64,000 nt of DNA. Source: an uncultured Pseudomonadota bacterium. GTDB taxonomy: Bacteria > Vulcanimicrobiota > Vulcanimicrobiia > Eremiobacterales > Eremiobacteraceae. The stretch covers positions 1,568,001 to 1,632,000 of the forward strand of contig CAVTNB010000001.1 in the NCBI GenBank assembly GCA_963736005.1, given 5' to 3'. Shown here piece after piece: positions 1 to 9,514 of this stretch; within the stretch, counting starts at the first letter, position 1, and each line of letters opens with the position of its first letter. Below the pieces are notes generated by a model. It was not told the origin of the DNA. It saw only the letters and a program-made list of their open reading frames with translations, and made no database searches. The translations under genes and the position numbers were made by a program.

Positions 1-1
1 G

Positions 2-838
2 ATGATCGACGCGTTGCGACGCGCCTCTGCATATCGCATTACGGCCGTCATTCCCTATTTCGGCTATGCCAAGCAAGACAAGAAAACCAAAGGCCGCGAG
101 CCCATCTCCGCCAAGCTCGTCGCCAATTTGCTGTCAACTGCGGGCGTGCAGCGTGTCCTCACCGTGGATCTTCACGCCGCACAGATTCAAGGTTTCTTCG
201 ACGAGCCAGTTGACAATTTAAGCGCGGGTTACATCCTAGCGAATTACCTGATCAACAATCGCAAACTGCAAGGGTCCTCGTGCGTCGTCGTGTCTCCCGA
301 CGCTGGCGGCGTTGCGCGGGCTGAAGCCTTTGCCAAGAAGCTTCAGACCTCGGTGGCGATTGTCTTCAAGCGGCGTCCGCGACCAGACGTCAATGAAGTG
401 AGTGAAGTCGTCGGTGAGCTGGAAGGCAAGACGGCCATCATTATCGATGACATGATCTCCACCGGCGGCACGCTCGTGAAGGCTGCCGAAGCGCTGATGG
501 AGCGCGGCGCGAAATCCATCGTTACCTGCGCCACGCATGGTATTTTTGCAGCCGACGCAGCCCAGAAACTGCTCGACTCCTGCATCAACGAAGTGATCGT
601 GACGGACACCATTCCCGTGCCGCCAGAAATTTGCGGCAGCAAGATCAAAGTGCTGAAAGTGGGCAAGCTCCTGGCCGATGCCATTAAGCGAATTTCGATG
701 AATCGTTCTGTGTCCGAAATCTACGAACAACAAGAAGAGGAGCTCGCGCGGTCGCAATCAGGTGACGGTGGTCCGCTCTTCAACATGAACGGGGTTGAAG
801 ATTCGGATGATGATTCAAATGAGAAAAAGAGCGCCTAA
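2..838 (+). CDS. prs: Ribose-phosphate pyrophosphokinase (5' partial)
   Basis: Motifs PYFGYAKQDKK, DLHAAQIQGFF, VSPDAGG, IIDDMISTGGT; synteny with rplY-pth. Confidence 0.97.
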   Translation: MIDALRRASAYRITAVIPYFGYAKQDKKTKGREPISAKLVANLLSTAGVQRVLTVDLHAAQIQGFFDEPVDNLSAGYILANYLINNRKLQGSSCVVVSPDAGGVARAEAFAKKLQTSVAIVFKRRPRPDVNEVSEVVGELEGKTAIIIDDMISTGGTLVKAAEALMERGAKSIVTCATHGIFAADAAQKLLDSCINEVIVTDTIPVPPEICGSKIKVLKVGKLLADAIKRISMNRSVSEIYEQQEEELARSQSGDGGPLFNMNGVEDSDDDSNEKKSA

Positions 839-857
839 GCTAACGTAAAGGAAACCA

Positions 858-1517
858 ATGCAACAGACTACAGTCAAAGCGACGCTGCGCGAGGCCGCAG
901 GCCGGCGAGCCGTCAAGAAAGTTCGCGCCACCGGCGGCATTCCGGGGGTTGTCTATGGAAAAGGCTTCGGCCCGCCGCTCCCCATCTTGGTCGACGCCAA
1001 AGATTTGCGTGCCGCGTTGACCGGGCACGGCGGCAGCGCCGTTTTGAATCTAGAAATCGAGGGCCGCGGCCAGACAACGGCAATCGTGCAAGAGCGCCAG
1101 CTCGACGTCATTACAAAGAGGTTGATTCACGTCGATCTGCACGCCATCAGCCTCGATGAAGTGGTCGAAGCGCATGTGCCGCTCGTCTTGGTCGGCACGC
1201 CGCCAGGTGTCAAAGAGGGCGGCATCTTGGACTTCGTCGTCCGCGAAGTCACCATCGAATCGTTGCCCACCGACATCCCCGATCAAATTCAAGTCGACGT
1301 CAGCGCGCTCAACATGTTCGATACGATTCACGCACGCGATCTCGTCGCGCCGGCAGGCGTGAAGATCACAGAGAATCCAGACGAGATCGTCGTGACGATC
1401 CTGCCGCCGTCGAAGGTCGAGGAAGCGCCGGTCGCCGCGGTAGCGGAGATCCCGGTGGAGCCCGAACTCATCGGCGAGAAGAAAGCTGCACCAGAAGAAG
1501 CCGAGGAAACGGAGTAG
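858..1517 (+). CDS. rplY: 50S ribosomal protein L25/Ctc
   Basis: IPGVVYG, HVDL and GVKEGG motifs; acidic tail; lies between prs and pth. Confidence 0.96.
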   Translation: MQQTTVKATLREAAGRRAVKKVRATGGIPGVVYGKGFGPPLPILVDAKDLRAALTGHGGSAVLNLEIEGRGQTTAIVQERQLDVITKRLIHVDLHAISLDEVVEAHVPLVLVGTPPGVKEGGILDFVVREVTIESLPTDIPDQIQVDVSALNMFDTIHARDLVAPAGVKITENPDEIVVTILPPSKVEEAPVAAVAEIPVEPELIGEKKAAPEEAEETE

Positions 1518-1559
1518 CCGAACCTGGCCAACGACGCGCCCCTTTCCAAGACGCTCGTC

Positions 1560-2147
1560 GTGGGTCTCGGGAACCCTGGCTCGCGATATTCGCGAACGCG
1601 GCACAATCTCGGTTTCCGAGTGGTCGAGTTGGTTGCGCAGCGCCACGGGGCCACCTCGTGGCGCTCGAAGTTTTCGGGTCGACTGGCCGAAGCACCGTCG
1701 CTCGGTGTCGTGCTCTTGCTCCCGCAAACATATATGAATGATTCGGGCGAGAGTGTCGCCCCGTGTGCTGCGTTCTTTCACATCCCGCCACCGCGCATTT
1801 TGATTGTCTGCGATGATCTGAACTTGCCGTTTGCCCGGCTGCGCATGCGGCGCAACGGGAGCGACGGCGGCCACAACGGATTGAAGTCGATCATCACCGC
1901 GCTCTCCAGTCAGGATTTTCCGCGTCTGCGCATTGGGATTGGACGAGCGCAGGGCGACCCGATCGACCATGTCATTGGCAAGTTCAGCAAGACCGAGGAA
2001 GCCGCACTGCCCGGAATTGTGGAACGAGCGGCTGCGGGCGTCGAACGCTTCTTGACCGATGGTGTCGACGCGGCAATCGCGACGATCAATGCGTTCGGCG
2101 GGGGATTACCGGAGGCAGCGGATGACGCCGAGTTGCAAACCGATTGA
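1560..2147 (+). CDS. pth: Peptidyl-tRNA hydrolase
   Basis: GLGNPG, TRHNLG, PQTYMNDSG, GGHNGLKS, RLRIGIG. Confidence 0.97.
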   Translation: MGLGNPGSRYSRTRHNLGFRVVELVAQRHGATSWRSKFSGRLAEAPSLGVVLLLPQTYMNDSGESVAPCAAFFHIPPPRILIVCDDLNLPFARLRMRRNGSDGGHNGLKSIITALSSQDFPRLRIGIGRAQGDPIDHVIGKFSKTEEAALPGIVERAAAGVERFLTDGVDAAIATINAFGGGLPEAADDAELQTD

Positions 2148-2377
2148 ACGCGCCGACTACTCCGGAGCCGTTCGGGCGGCTGCTGATCGCGGTCGGAGCG
2201 GTATTCATTGTGCTCGGTCTGCTACTAAGTTATATGCGAACGCTTCGCTTGGGTTCTCTGCCCGGCGATCTGCACTGGTCGGGTCGCGGCTGGCAAGTCT
2301 CGTTCCCGCTGGGAACGTCTATTTTGCTGTCCCTATTGCTGACGCTAGCGCTGAATCTGTTCTTGCGCCGTCGATAA
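2144..2377 (+). CDS. DUF2905 family small membrane protein
   Basis: LGSLPGD...FPLGTSILLSLLLT pattern, two hydrophobic segments. Confidence 0.85.
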   Translation: MNAPTTPEPFGRLLIAVGAVFIVLGLLLSYMRTLRLGSLPGDLHWSGRGWQVSFPLGTSILLSLLLTLALNLFLRRR

Positions 2378-2380
2378 CTA

Positions 2381-2460
2381 ATGTAGTGTTGCGAATTCCA
2401 ACTTGAATGTAGAGTCGCGAATTTAAGGGTTGAATGTAGAGTCGCGAATTTATTTGCGAC
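2381..2460 (+). repeat. GTAG-class REP-like palindrome with tandem partial copies
   Basis: GTAG-A-GTCGCGAAT-TT-ATTTGCGAC at 2436-2460; 23-bp direct repeat TTGAATGTAGAGTCGCGAATTTA at 2403-2425 and 2430-2452; degenerate copy at about 2381. Confidence 0.7.
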
Positions 2461-2490
2461 AAAAAGACCGGGGTAAACGTTAACAAAGAG

Positions 2491-3216
2491 ATGGACGGAT
2501 TCAAAGAGGCAACCCCAGAGAACGAACTGGCCGCGAAGGAATTCATGGGCCGCACCCTGGTTGTACGGCTCGACGAGATCACGGCGCAGGCCTCCACGCT
2601 CGTCTCTGACCTGGTGTTCATGCGACAGCTCGGCGTCCGACCGGTTGTCGTGCTCGATGCCATGCAGCATTCGGCGAGTTCTCGTTTGGTTGCGCTCATC
2701 AATCGCATTGGTGGGGATGCCGTTGCGCTCGACGGTACGTCGGCGAGCACGCTTGTCGTTGCCCGCGACACCCACGGCAGAAGCGCCGTACGTAGCGTGA
2801 ACGCTAGTTTATTGTTGCTGCTGCTCGAGCAAGGGTACATTCCTGTGTTCAGCGCTCAAGGGGCAACGGTTTCCGGCGCATCGGAGCCGCTTGATGCCGC
2901 GGACGCAGCACGCGAGCTGGCAGCCGCCATGCACGCAAAGCGGCTCCTCTACCCGAGCGGATCCGGCGGCATCCGCAGCGAGGATCACAGCGTCATCGAA
3001 GAATTGACGTCGTCCGAAGCGCTGGCGCTGGCGGAAACGGGCACGCTCGCGCCCGATCAATCGAAACAATTAGCCGCGGCGGCTTTGAGCGTTCGTTCGG
3101 GCGTCGATGCGGCGCAGTTGCTCGACCTCACCATTGCCCACGCGACGCTTGTAGAATTGCTCACCGCCCAGCACCTGGGCACGCAGGTCACCTCGCACGT
3201 CGTTTTGACGAATTAA
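2491..3216 (+). CDS. Amino-acid kinase (acetylglutamate kinase-like) fold protein with degenerate motifs
   Basis: ArgB-like segments (LGVRPVVV, GYIPV, DAADAA, GVDAAQLLD, LVELLT..LGT) but no KxGG or HGGG motif. Confidence 0.65.
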   Translation: MDGFKEATPENELAAKEFMGRTLVVRLDEITAQASTLVSDLVFMRQLGVRPVVVLDAMQHSASSRLVALINRIGGDAVALDGTSASTLVVARDTHGRSAVRSVNASLLLLLLEQGYIPVFSAQGATVSGASEPLDAADAARELAAAMHAKRLLYPSGSGGIRSEDHSVIEELTSSEALALAETGTLAPDQSKQLAAAALSVRSGVDAAQLLDLTIAHATLVELLTAQHLGTQVTSHVVLTN

Positions 3217-3229
3217 GGCGATATCACAA

Positions 3230-3254
3230 CGCGCGAATAAATTCGCGCGACTAC
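3230..3254 (-). repeat. GTAG-class REP-like palindrome between convergent genes
   Basis: Minus strand reads GTAG-T-CGCGCGAAT-TT-ATTCGCGCG; matches the 2436-2460 element. Confidence 0.7.
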
Positions 3255-3260
3255 GTACCC

Positions 3261-3905
3261 TTAAATTCGGAAGAGCTGAACAAAGCGGTCGAGTAATGCG
3301 CGTTGACCGCGAATACGCACCGTACCGTTTTTCAAAGCTTCCTTTGGAGTCACTTCCCCCGCCCAGAGCAGCCGAATAGCGGGACCCGCTTCGATGACGA
3401 GATCAGGCGATGGTAGCGTTCCCTTGCCGACGGTGACCGTACGGTTGCGGACCTGGGCGTTGACGACGATTTCGCCGACATGTAATTCAAAACCGATATC
3501 ATCCTGCGCAGCGGCGTCGGGGCGAAAGATCGCTCGCAGCGCTATCGCTATGGCATCGGCGGTCAAGATTTCATCAGGCCGCGGATCGCCAAGATGCTTC
3601 GCACCCCATCGTCCGAGTGCCATGACACCCTCTTCAAGACCACGTCCGTCCTCGGTGAGCTCGTAGACGACACCACCGCCCGACGGGCGGCCCTGAGCAC
3701 GCCGGCGCACGAGGCCAGATTCTTCGAGTTCCTTCAACCGTGTGGTAAGGATATTGCTCGGGATTTTTGGGAGGCCGCGCTGCAAGTCGCTGAAGCGCTT
3801 CGGCTCCACAAGCAGGTCGCGAACGATGAGCAGCGCCCACCGCTCACCCGCAATTTCAAGGGCACGCGCAAAGCCGCAGTATTGTCCGTAAACCCGGGTC
3901 GCCAC
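3261..3905 (-). CDS. HxlR-family winged-helix regulator with C-terminal SCP2-like domain
   Basis: YGQYCGFARALEIAGERWALLIVRDL...RFSDL...YELT. Confidence 0.9.
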   Translation of the reverse strand: MATRVYGQYCGFARALEIAGERWALLIVRDLLVEPKRFSDLQRGLPKIPSNILTTRLKELEESGLVRRRAQGRPSGGGVVYELTEDGRGLEEGVMALGRWGAKHLGDPRPDEILTADAIAIALRAIFRPDAAAQDDIGFELHVGEIVVNAQVRNRTVTVGKGTLPSPDLVIEAGPAIRLLWAGEVTPKEALKNGTVRIRGQRALLDRFVQLFRI

Positions 3906-4101
3906 GGTCCAATTCTAACACTAACTTGCTATTTTGTGTAGTACTTGCTTTTTACAAGTCTATGCAACACCATCTCGAGATCGGACTTCGAGATCAATGT
4001 GCAGGTGGCTGGATGCCAAGGGTTGAGAGGGCCTTGACTTTCAGGCCTACTATGAGTATCCTCATTGTATATACGTAATCCTGGTCTGTGGTGAGGCAGA
4101 A

Positions 4102-4353
4102 TTGATTCTCAAAGGTACAGCCCGGAAGTGGGGCAACAGTTTGGCCGTTCGGATACCGAAGACAGTGTCCGAAGATCTCGGCATCGAAGAGAATGCAGCC
4201 ATTAGCATGCTAATCGACGATGGCTCGTTAGTCATAACACCTGTGAGCGGTCGCAAAAAGCGCCTGCAAAAGGCGTTAGATCGCATTACGCACGAGAATC
4301 TACCCGACGAGAAGGAACCCTTTGGTCAATCAGTTGGCCGCGAGCGGTGGTGA
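4102..4353 (+). CDS. mazE: MazE/AbrB-fold antitoxin
   Basis: KWGNSLAVRIP; overlaps downstream mazF. Confidence 0.92.
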   Translation: MILKGTARKWGNSLAVRIPKTVSEDLGIEENAAISMLIDDGSLVITPVSGRKKRLQKALDRITHENLPDEKEPFGQSVGRERW

Positions 4354-4694
4354 GATCGCCTTCGGGGTACATACCAGATCGCGGCGATGTGATTAACGTC
4401 GACCTTTCTCCTCAATCGGGACGTGAACAGGCGGGTCGACGACCCGCCCTTGTTTTGTCACCCGCCGAGTACAACGGAAAAGTCGGATTGTGCATATGCT
4501 GCTCTGTCACTTCCAAGACGAAGGGTTATCCGTTTGAAGTCGATCTCGCAAAATCATCCGCACTCAGTGGAACCGTACTTGCGGATCATGTAGCAAGCAT
4601 CGATTGGCACGCGAGGAAAGCTTCGCGAATTGCCCGCGTCTCCAATTTGATACTCGAAAGAGTTGTAGCCAAGTTGAACGACCTCATTAGTTAA
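4347..4694 (+). CDS. mazF: MazF/PemK endoribonuclease toxin
   Basis: PDRGD...PQSGREQAGRRPALVLSP, KGYPFEV. Confidence 0.95.
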   Translation: MVRSPSGYIPDRGDVINVDLSPQSGREQAGRRPALVLSPAEYNGKVGLCICCSVTSKTKGYPFEVDLAKSSALSGTVLADHVASIDWHARKASRIARVSNLILERVVAKLNDLIS

Positions 4695-4775
4695 CGGGAT
4701 GCTTTGACACCAATGTAATGCAGACACCTGGCAGGTACTTGCAGTTAAACAAACCTTCGTGGTAAGATAAAGGCC

Positions 4776-5126
4776 ATGCCAGCTGTCGCCACCCGCCAAA
4801 GGGGCGCCGAGCGCCTCTTGGATCAAATCCGCTCCACCTTCGGGCTCACCGAGAGCGAACTTGCAGACCTGCTTGGCGTTCGACGTCAATCGGTTGCTGA
4901 ATGGCGCGAGTACGGCGTGCCGGCGCAGCGCATAGCGACGCTCGAGCATATCAGCGGTTTAGCCAAGGTGTTGCGCACGGAGCTGATCCCTTCTCACATC
5001 CCGGAGATCGTGCGACGCAAGGACGCCTGGCTTGACAATAAATCAATTCTTCAAACCATTGCGCATGATGGTGTCGACCGAGTCTACGCCTATCTTCACC
5101 GGCTGTTCAGCTATCGCGGGAGTTAG
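4776..5126 (+). CDS. HTH (Xre/MbcA-like) antitoxin
   Basis: N-terminal HTH (LTESELADLLGVRRQSV); coupled to the RES gene. Confidence 0.7.
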   Translation: MPAVATRQRGAERLLDQIRSTFGLTESELADLLGVRRQSVAEWREYGVPAQRIATLEHISGLAKVLRTELIPSHIPEIVRRKDAWLDNKSILQTIAHDGVDRVYAYLHRLFSYRGS

Positions 5127-5671
5127 TGGGCCTGCGCCACACTCGCAGGCACGGTACCTATTATCGCGTGTGCAAGCCCGACTGGGCTGATTGCTCGGAC
5201 ACCTCGTATGCCAAACGTTTCGGCGGCCGCTGGACGCCGCCGGAAGAATTCGGGGCGCTCTACTTGTGCGCCACGATTGAAGTAGCGGCCGCCGTGGCGC
5301 GGACGCATCACGTCGGACGAGCAATTCCCCTCTTCTCTTTGCGGCCGGCTCTCCGACCGCAGCTTCAATCTTTCGCGGTTACCGGAGCGCAGTATGTGGA
5401 CGTCGTGACAAACGAGGGCATCGCCGCCGCAAGCCTCCCGGCGACCTATCCCGAGGGGGTGAGCCATCAGCAATGCTGGCCCGTTGCTCGTCAGGCGCAC
5501 TCCGCCCGCGAGCGGGGGATCGCATGCAGATCCGCCGCCGAGGCTGGAGCTGATTTTTGGCTGGGTGAAGAGCTGGCCATCTTCGACAACGGGCCGATGC
5601 CAAAGACGGCCGGTCGACGACGCTCCTTCTCTGAATGGTATCCTGACGTGGTGCCGCCGCTGGGCCGCTGA
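5126..5671 (+). CDS. RES-domain toxin (putative NAD+ phosphorylase)
   Basis: GGRWTP, ALYL, E and GIACRSAA motifs of the RES family. Confidence 0.8.
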   Translation: MGLRHTRRHGTYYRVCKPDWADCSDTSYAKRFGGRWTPPEEFGALYLCATIEVAAAVARTHHVGRAIPLFSLRPALRPQLQSFAVTGAQYVDVVTNEGIAAASLPATYPEGVSHQQCWPVARQAHSARERGIACRSAAEAGADFWLGEELAIFDNGPMPKTAGRRRSFSEWYPDVVPPLGR

Positions 5672-5686
5672 CCTATCGGGGATTCC

Positions 5687-6415
5687 TCACGCGCAACCGC
5701 TAGGCCGCCGCGACGCGGACGCTCTAACGGAAACCTTTTTGAGCCGAGAGGGTGCGCTATCCATATCTGCAGACACGACAACTCGGGCATCGCCGACATC
5801 GTCGAACCGTCGTTGAGCGCGTTCAGGGAAAACTTTGACGTGTATGGCCAGCAGCCCACAGTTCCCAATGATGCTCAGCCTATGGGACCCGCGCTTGTGC
5901 GCATGCATGTTTCGGGTTCTCGCGGCGATTCTCGAATGGCTACCTTGAGCCACTACGAGGGCAAGCGCGACGTTGTCGCAAGTGCTACCATGCTCCACGG
6001 TGGCGTGTCCATCGGTGTCGATGTCGCTGAGCGGAAAAGTCTTCCCGTCAACGATTTCTTCTTGCTCAGTCATTATGGGCGTGGGGGCTGGTACCGGTAG
6101 CGCCATTGGGGTGGTTGGGGACGGATTGGTCGTTGAAGTAGGTGAGGGATACAGTCCCTGGGTTGGTGCGAAAGCGGTGGTGGGGTTAGGTGTGCTGTTA
6201 AGGTCAACAGCGGTGTTCGTGTCAATGACGGTAGCAGACTCGTTGTCTGTTTGACTGCCGGCCACGATTGATCCGCCTGCAGTGTTCGCAGAACTGCTAC
6301 CTGGCAGAGGTATGATATTGCTGGCGTAACCCGAGCCACTGCCGCATCCCGCGAGCGGGACGCAGAGTAAGAAAACAAGACCAATGGCTGCAATAGTTAA
6401 TTTGTTGATGGTGAT
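5687..6415 (-). CDS. Pro/Thr-rich putative lipoprotein, probable ATC start
   Basis: ORF 5687-6265 extends in frame to an ATC at 6415 after AAGGAAG, adding the signal peptide ITINKLTIAAIGLVFLLCVPLAGC (lipobox LAGC). Confidence 0.65.
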   Translation of the reverse strand: MTINKLTIAAIGLVFLLCVPLAGCGSGSGYASNIIPLPGSSSANTAGGSIVAGSQTDNESATVIDTNTAVDLNSTPNPTTAFAPTQGLYPSPTSTTNPSPTTPMALPVPAPTPIMTEQEEIVDGKTFPLSDIDTDGHATVEHGSTCDNVALALVVAQGSHSRIAARTRNMHAHKRGSHRLSIIGNCGLLAIHVKVFPERAQRRFDDVGDARVVVSADMDSAPSRLKKVSVRASASRRPSGCA

Positions 6416-6498
6416 GGGCTTCCTTGTCCGGGCTCATCATACCATGTCGCGCTGAAAAGGGGGTTAAATTTAGGTGATCATCCATTCGTAAATCGATT

Positions 6499-8355
6499 TT
6501 GTTCCTTGCCATCGTAGTCGTTGCGCTTGAGCATCTCTCGCAGCGCGCGCTTCCCTCGTTTGCTTCATCCATTCCGCTGACCATCGTCTATCCCGGTGAA
6601 GGTGACAAGCTCCCGTACGTGAGGGAGTCGTTCATCTTCGGCTCAACGGCGCCCGGCGCCACCGTGAGTGTGAATGGTGCGTCGGCTTTGGTTGCGCCAT
6701 CCGGTGGTTGGATCGCGTACGTGCCCTTTGCGCCCGGGGATTTTCATCTGCATGTCGTGGCACGCGATGCTAGCGCAACCGCGTCGCTGGATCGAGTCGT
6801 GAACGTGTCCTCGCCACTTTCCACGCTCCCCGCATCGCCAGCCCGGGTTGATGCAGTCGTTCATCCCATACCTGACGAGAACTTGACGCTGCATCCAGGG
6901 GACACGGTGGAGCTGTTCGTTAAAGCGAGCACGGACGCGCACGTGACAGCCTCCTTCGATGGCGGGAGAACAAACGCGCCCATGGTCGAGACTCATGCGC
7001 CTAGCTTGAACCCCACAGAAAAGGAAAGAATCCTCGGCGACGCGGTCGCTAGTGGCGAACCGGTTGGGGGTCTGTACGAAGGTGAGTTTCGCGTACCGAA
7101 TGCACCCGGCACGCTGTCGGTGGACTACACGGTGACGGCACCGGACGGATCCGTGGCCAGAGCAAGTGCGAAGGGCATCATCACCGTCTCACCATTGGGT
7201 TCGTTTCGGGTTGGCCATATCGTGCTCGCTGACCGTACGAAGGACATTGACGCGCGGCCTTACGGAGTCGTCGAATCGGAACCGGATGGCGGCTGGCTCT
7301 TTTTTCCGCCAGCGCAGACGCCATTTGAAGTCACCGGCAGCGCGGGCGATTATTATCGAGTCGCGCTCGGCGCGAACCAACAAGGTTGGATTGAAAAGAA
7401 ATCAATGGCGCTCGAGACACCCGGCACGCCGCGACCGCGCGCATCGGTGCAAGGTGTTGTCGTCCAAGACGGTGCGAGAGCGGGCACCGTGATGGTACAT
7501 TTAAGTGGGCGTGTGCCGTATTGGGTGAGCGAATCCGTCGACACGCCTGGCCTGCGCATCCGACTATTTGGGGCTGCCGCGGGCGGCGATTTTGTTCGCT
7601 ATGGAGCGGACCGTGGCAACATTGCTGAGGTGCGTTGGGATCAACTTGGAGGGGAAGTCGCTACCCTCGAGATCAAACTTCGCCAGCGCACCATGTGGGG
7701 CTACCACGCGCAGTGGAACGGCAACGATCTCGAACTGGTCGTCAAGAAGTCGCCACATTTCAAACCGGCGCCCGCTTCTGCGCTCAGCGGTCTTCTTGTG
7801 GTAATCGATCCTGGACACTCACCCGATAGCGGCTCGATAGGTCCATTAGGCACGCAAGAGCGAGACGTAAATCTTGGGATCGCCAAACGGCTTGCGGTGC
7901 ACCTAGAAAAAGTCGGGGCTCGTGCGGTTCTTACGCGCACTGCGAACGTTCCCGTCGGTCTCTACGCTCGCACGGATCTTGCAGCGCGCGTAGGAGCCGA
8001 CATTCTCATCAGCATCCACAATAACGCTCTACCCGATGGAGTCGACCCTTTCACCCATCACGGCTTTTCGGTCTATTACTATCAACCACAGAGCCTCAGT
8101 CTTGCTCGCGCGATTCACGACGCGTATCGCCGCGATACGCAACTTCCAGATTACGGCCTGTTCTACGACAATCTGGCGCTCGCTCGGCCGACCGAGGAAC
8201 CGGCCGTCCTCACGGAATCGGCCTTTATCATGTGGCCGCCAGAGGAAATGGATCTCATCAACCCTACTTTCCAAGACAAGCTCGCGGCCACGATAACCGA
8301 TGGCGTGAATCGCTGGGCCAGTGCAATGCGGACGCTCGAACTCAGAGGTTATTAG
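6499..8355 (+). CDS. N-acetylmuramoyl-L-alanine amidase (Amidase_3)
   Basis: VIDPGH, ERDVNL, ISIHNNA, AVLTESAF zinc-ligand motifs at the C-terminus. Confidence 0.9.
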   Translation: MFLAIVVVALEHLSQRALPSFASSIPLTIVYPGEGDKLPYVRESFIFGSTAPGATVSVNGASALVAPSGGWIAYVPFAPGDFHLHVVARDASATASLDRVVNVSSPLSTLPASPARVDAVVHPIPDENLTLHPGDTVELFVKASTDAHVTASFDGGRTNAPMVETHAPSLNPTEKERILGDAVASGEPVGGLYEGEFRVPNAPGTLSVDYTVTAPDGSVARASAKGIITVSPLGSFRVGHIVLADRTKDIDARPYGVVESEPDGGWLFFPPAQTPFEVTGSAGDYYRVALGANQQGWIEKKSMALETPGTPRPRASVQGVVVQDGARAGTVMVHLSGRVPYWVSESVDTPGLRIRLFGAAAGGDFVRYGADRGNIAEVRWDQLGGEVATLEIKLRQRTMWGYHAQWNGNDLELVVKKSPHFKPAPASALSGLLVVIDPGHSPDSGSIGPLGTQERDVNLGIAKRLAVHLEKVGARAVLTRTANVPVGLYARTDLAARVGADILISIHNNALPDGVDPFTHHGFSVYYYQPQSLSLARAIHDAYRRDTQLPDYGLFYDNLALARPTEEPAVLTESAFIMWPPEEMDLINPTFQDKLAATITDGVNRWASAMRTLELRGY

Positions 8356-8360
8356 GTCAC

Positions 8361-9503
8361 ATGACTAGGCAAGCCATGCTCGACCTTTCGGGATTGCGGG
8401 AGCGCACGAGCCAGAAATGGAGACAATATCCCAAGGATGTCTTGCCGGTCTTTGTCGCCGAGATGGATTACGCCCTGGCACCACCGATCGCACAAGCTCT
8501 TCACGATGCGATCGATCGCTCCGATACCGGATACGCGTGGCCGCACGAGCTGCGAGAGACGTTTTCCCGTTATGCGAGAAAAAGTTTCGATTGGACGGTG
8601 TCGCCAGAGCGCGTGGTAATCGTGAATGACGTCATGGGAGGCGTGAGCGAATCGCTGCGAACGTTAACGCATGCAGATGACGGCGTGGTGATTATGCCGC
8701 CGGTCTACCCTCCATTCTTTGAAATCGTGGCGTTGGCGCAACGGCGTATTGTTGAAGTGCCCTTGCTCCACGACGATCGTTACGCGATCGACTGGAATGC
8801 ACTTGAAATGGCATTCTCGCGAGCCGTTCGCTGCTTGCTGCTCTGCCATCCGCACAATCCGGTAGGTCGTGTCTTCACGCGTACCGAGCTAGAGCGACTC
8901 GCACAGCTTGCGCAGCACTACAGCGTTCTCGTCATCTCCGATGAGATCCACGCACCGCTCGTCTATTCCGGTACAACCCATGTGCCGTTCGCCGCAGTGG
9001 CCAAGCCGCTCGGCATCGATACCGTCACGCTGATGTCAGCGTCCAAGGGTTGGAACATTGCCGGTCTCAAATGCGCGCAGATGATTGCCGGCAGCGAACG
9101 AGTGCACGCGCAATTCAAGCAGCTTCCAGCCGACGTGACCGATCGCATTGGTCATCTCGGTGTCATCGCCACCGCAGCCGCGTACGAACACGGGCAATCT
9201 TGGTTGCGCGAAACACTCACGCTGCTCGATAGAAATCGACGGTTGGTCGCGACCTTGTTGGCCAAGCATCTACCGCAAATCGGTTATCGCGAGCCCGAAG
9301 CAACCTACCTTGCGTGGCTTGATTGCCGCGCACTGCAGCTCGGAGACGATCCTGCGCAAGCGTTTATCGAACGCGCCCATGTGGCACTTTCGCACGGCTC
9401 GGAATTCGGCGAAGCTGGACGGGGGTTCGCTCGACTCAACTTCGCGACCTCAAATGAAATTTTAGCAGAGGCAATCGAACGCATGGCCCGCACAGTCGCA
9501 TAG
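8361..9503 (+). CDS. MalY/PatB family PLP-dependent cystathionine beta-lyase
   Basis: SQKW, VAEMD, CHPHNPVG, ISDEIH, SASKGWNIAGLK, EATYLAWLD. Confidence 0.92.
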   Translation: MTRQAMLDLSGLRERTSQKWRQYPKDVLPVFVAEMDYALAPPIAQALHDAIDRSDTGYAWPHELRETFSRYARKSFDWTVSPERVVIVNDVMGGVSESLRTLTHADDGVVIMPPVYPPFFEIVALAQRRIVEVPLLHDDRYAIDWNALEMAFSRAVRCLLLCHPHNPVGRVFTRTELERLAQLAQHYSVLVISDEIHAPLVYSGTTHVPFAAVAKPLGIDTVTLMSASKGWNIAGLKCAQMIAGSERVHAQFKQLPADVTDRIGHLGVIATAAAYEHGQSWLRETLTLLDRNRRLVATLLAKHLPQIGYREPEATYLAWLDCRALQLGDDPAQAFIERAHVALSHGSEFGEAGRGFARLNFATSNEILAEAIERMARTVA

Positions 9504-9514
9504 ATATAGTATCT

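Noticed and set aside
2381..2460. CRISPR array
   Set aside because: Two to three units with about 4-nt gaps, no spacers and no cas genes.
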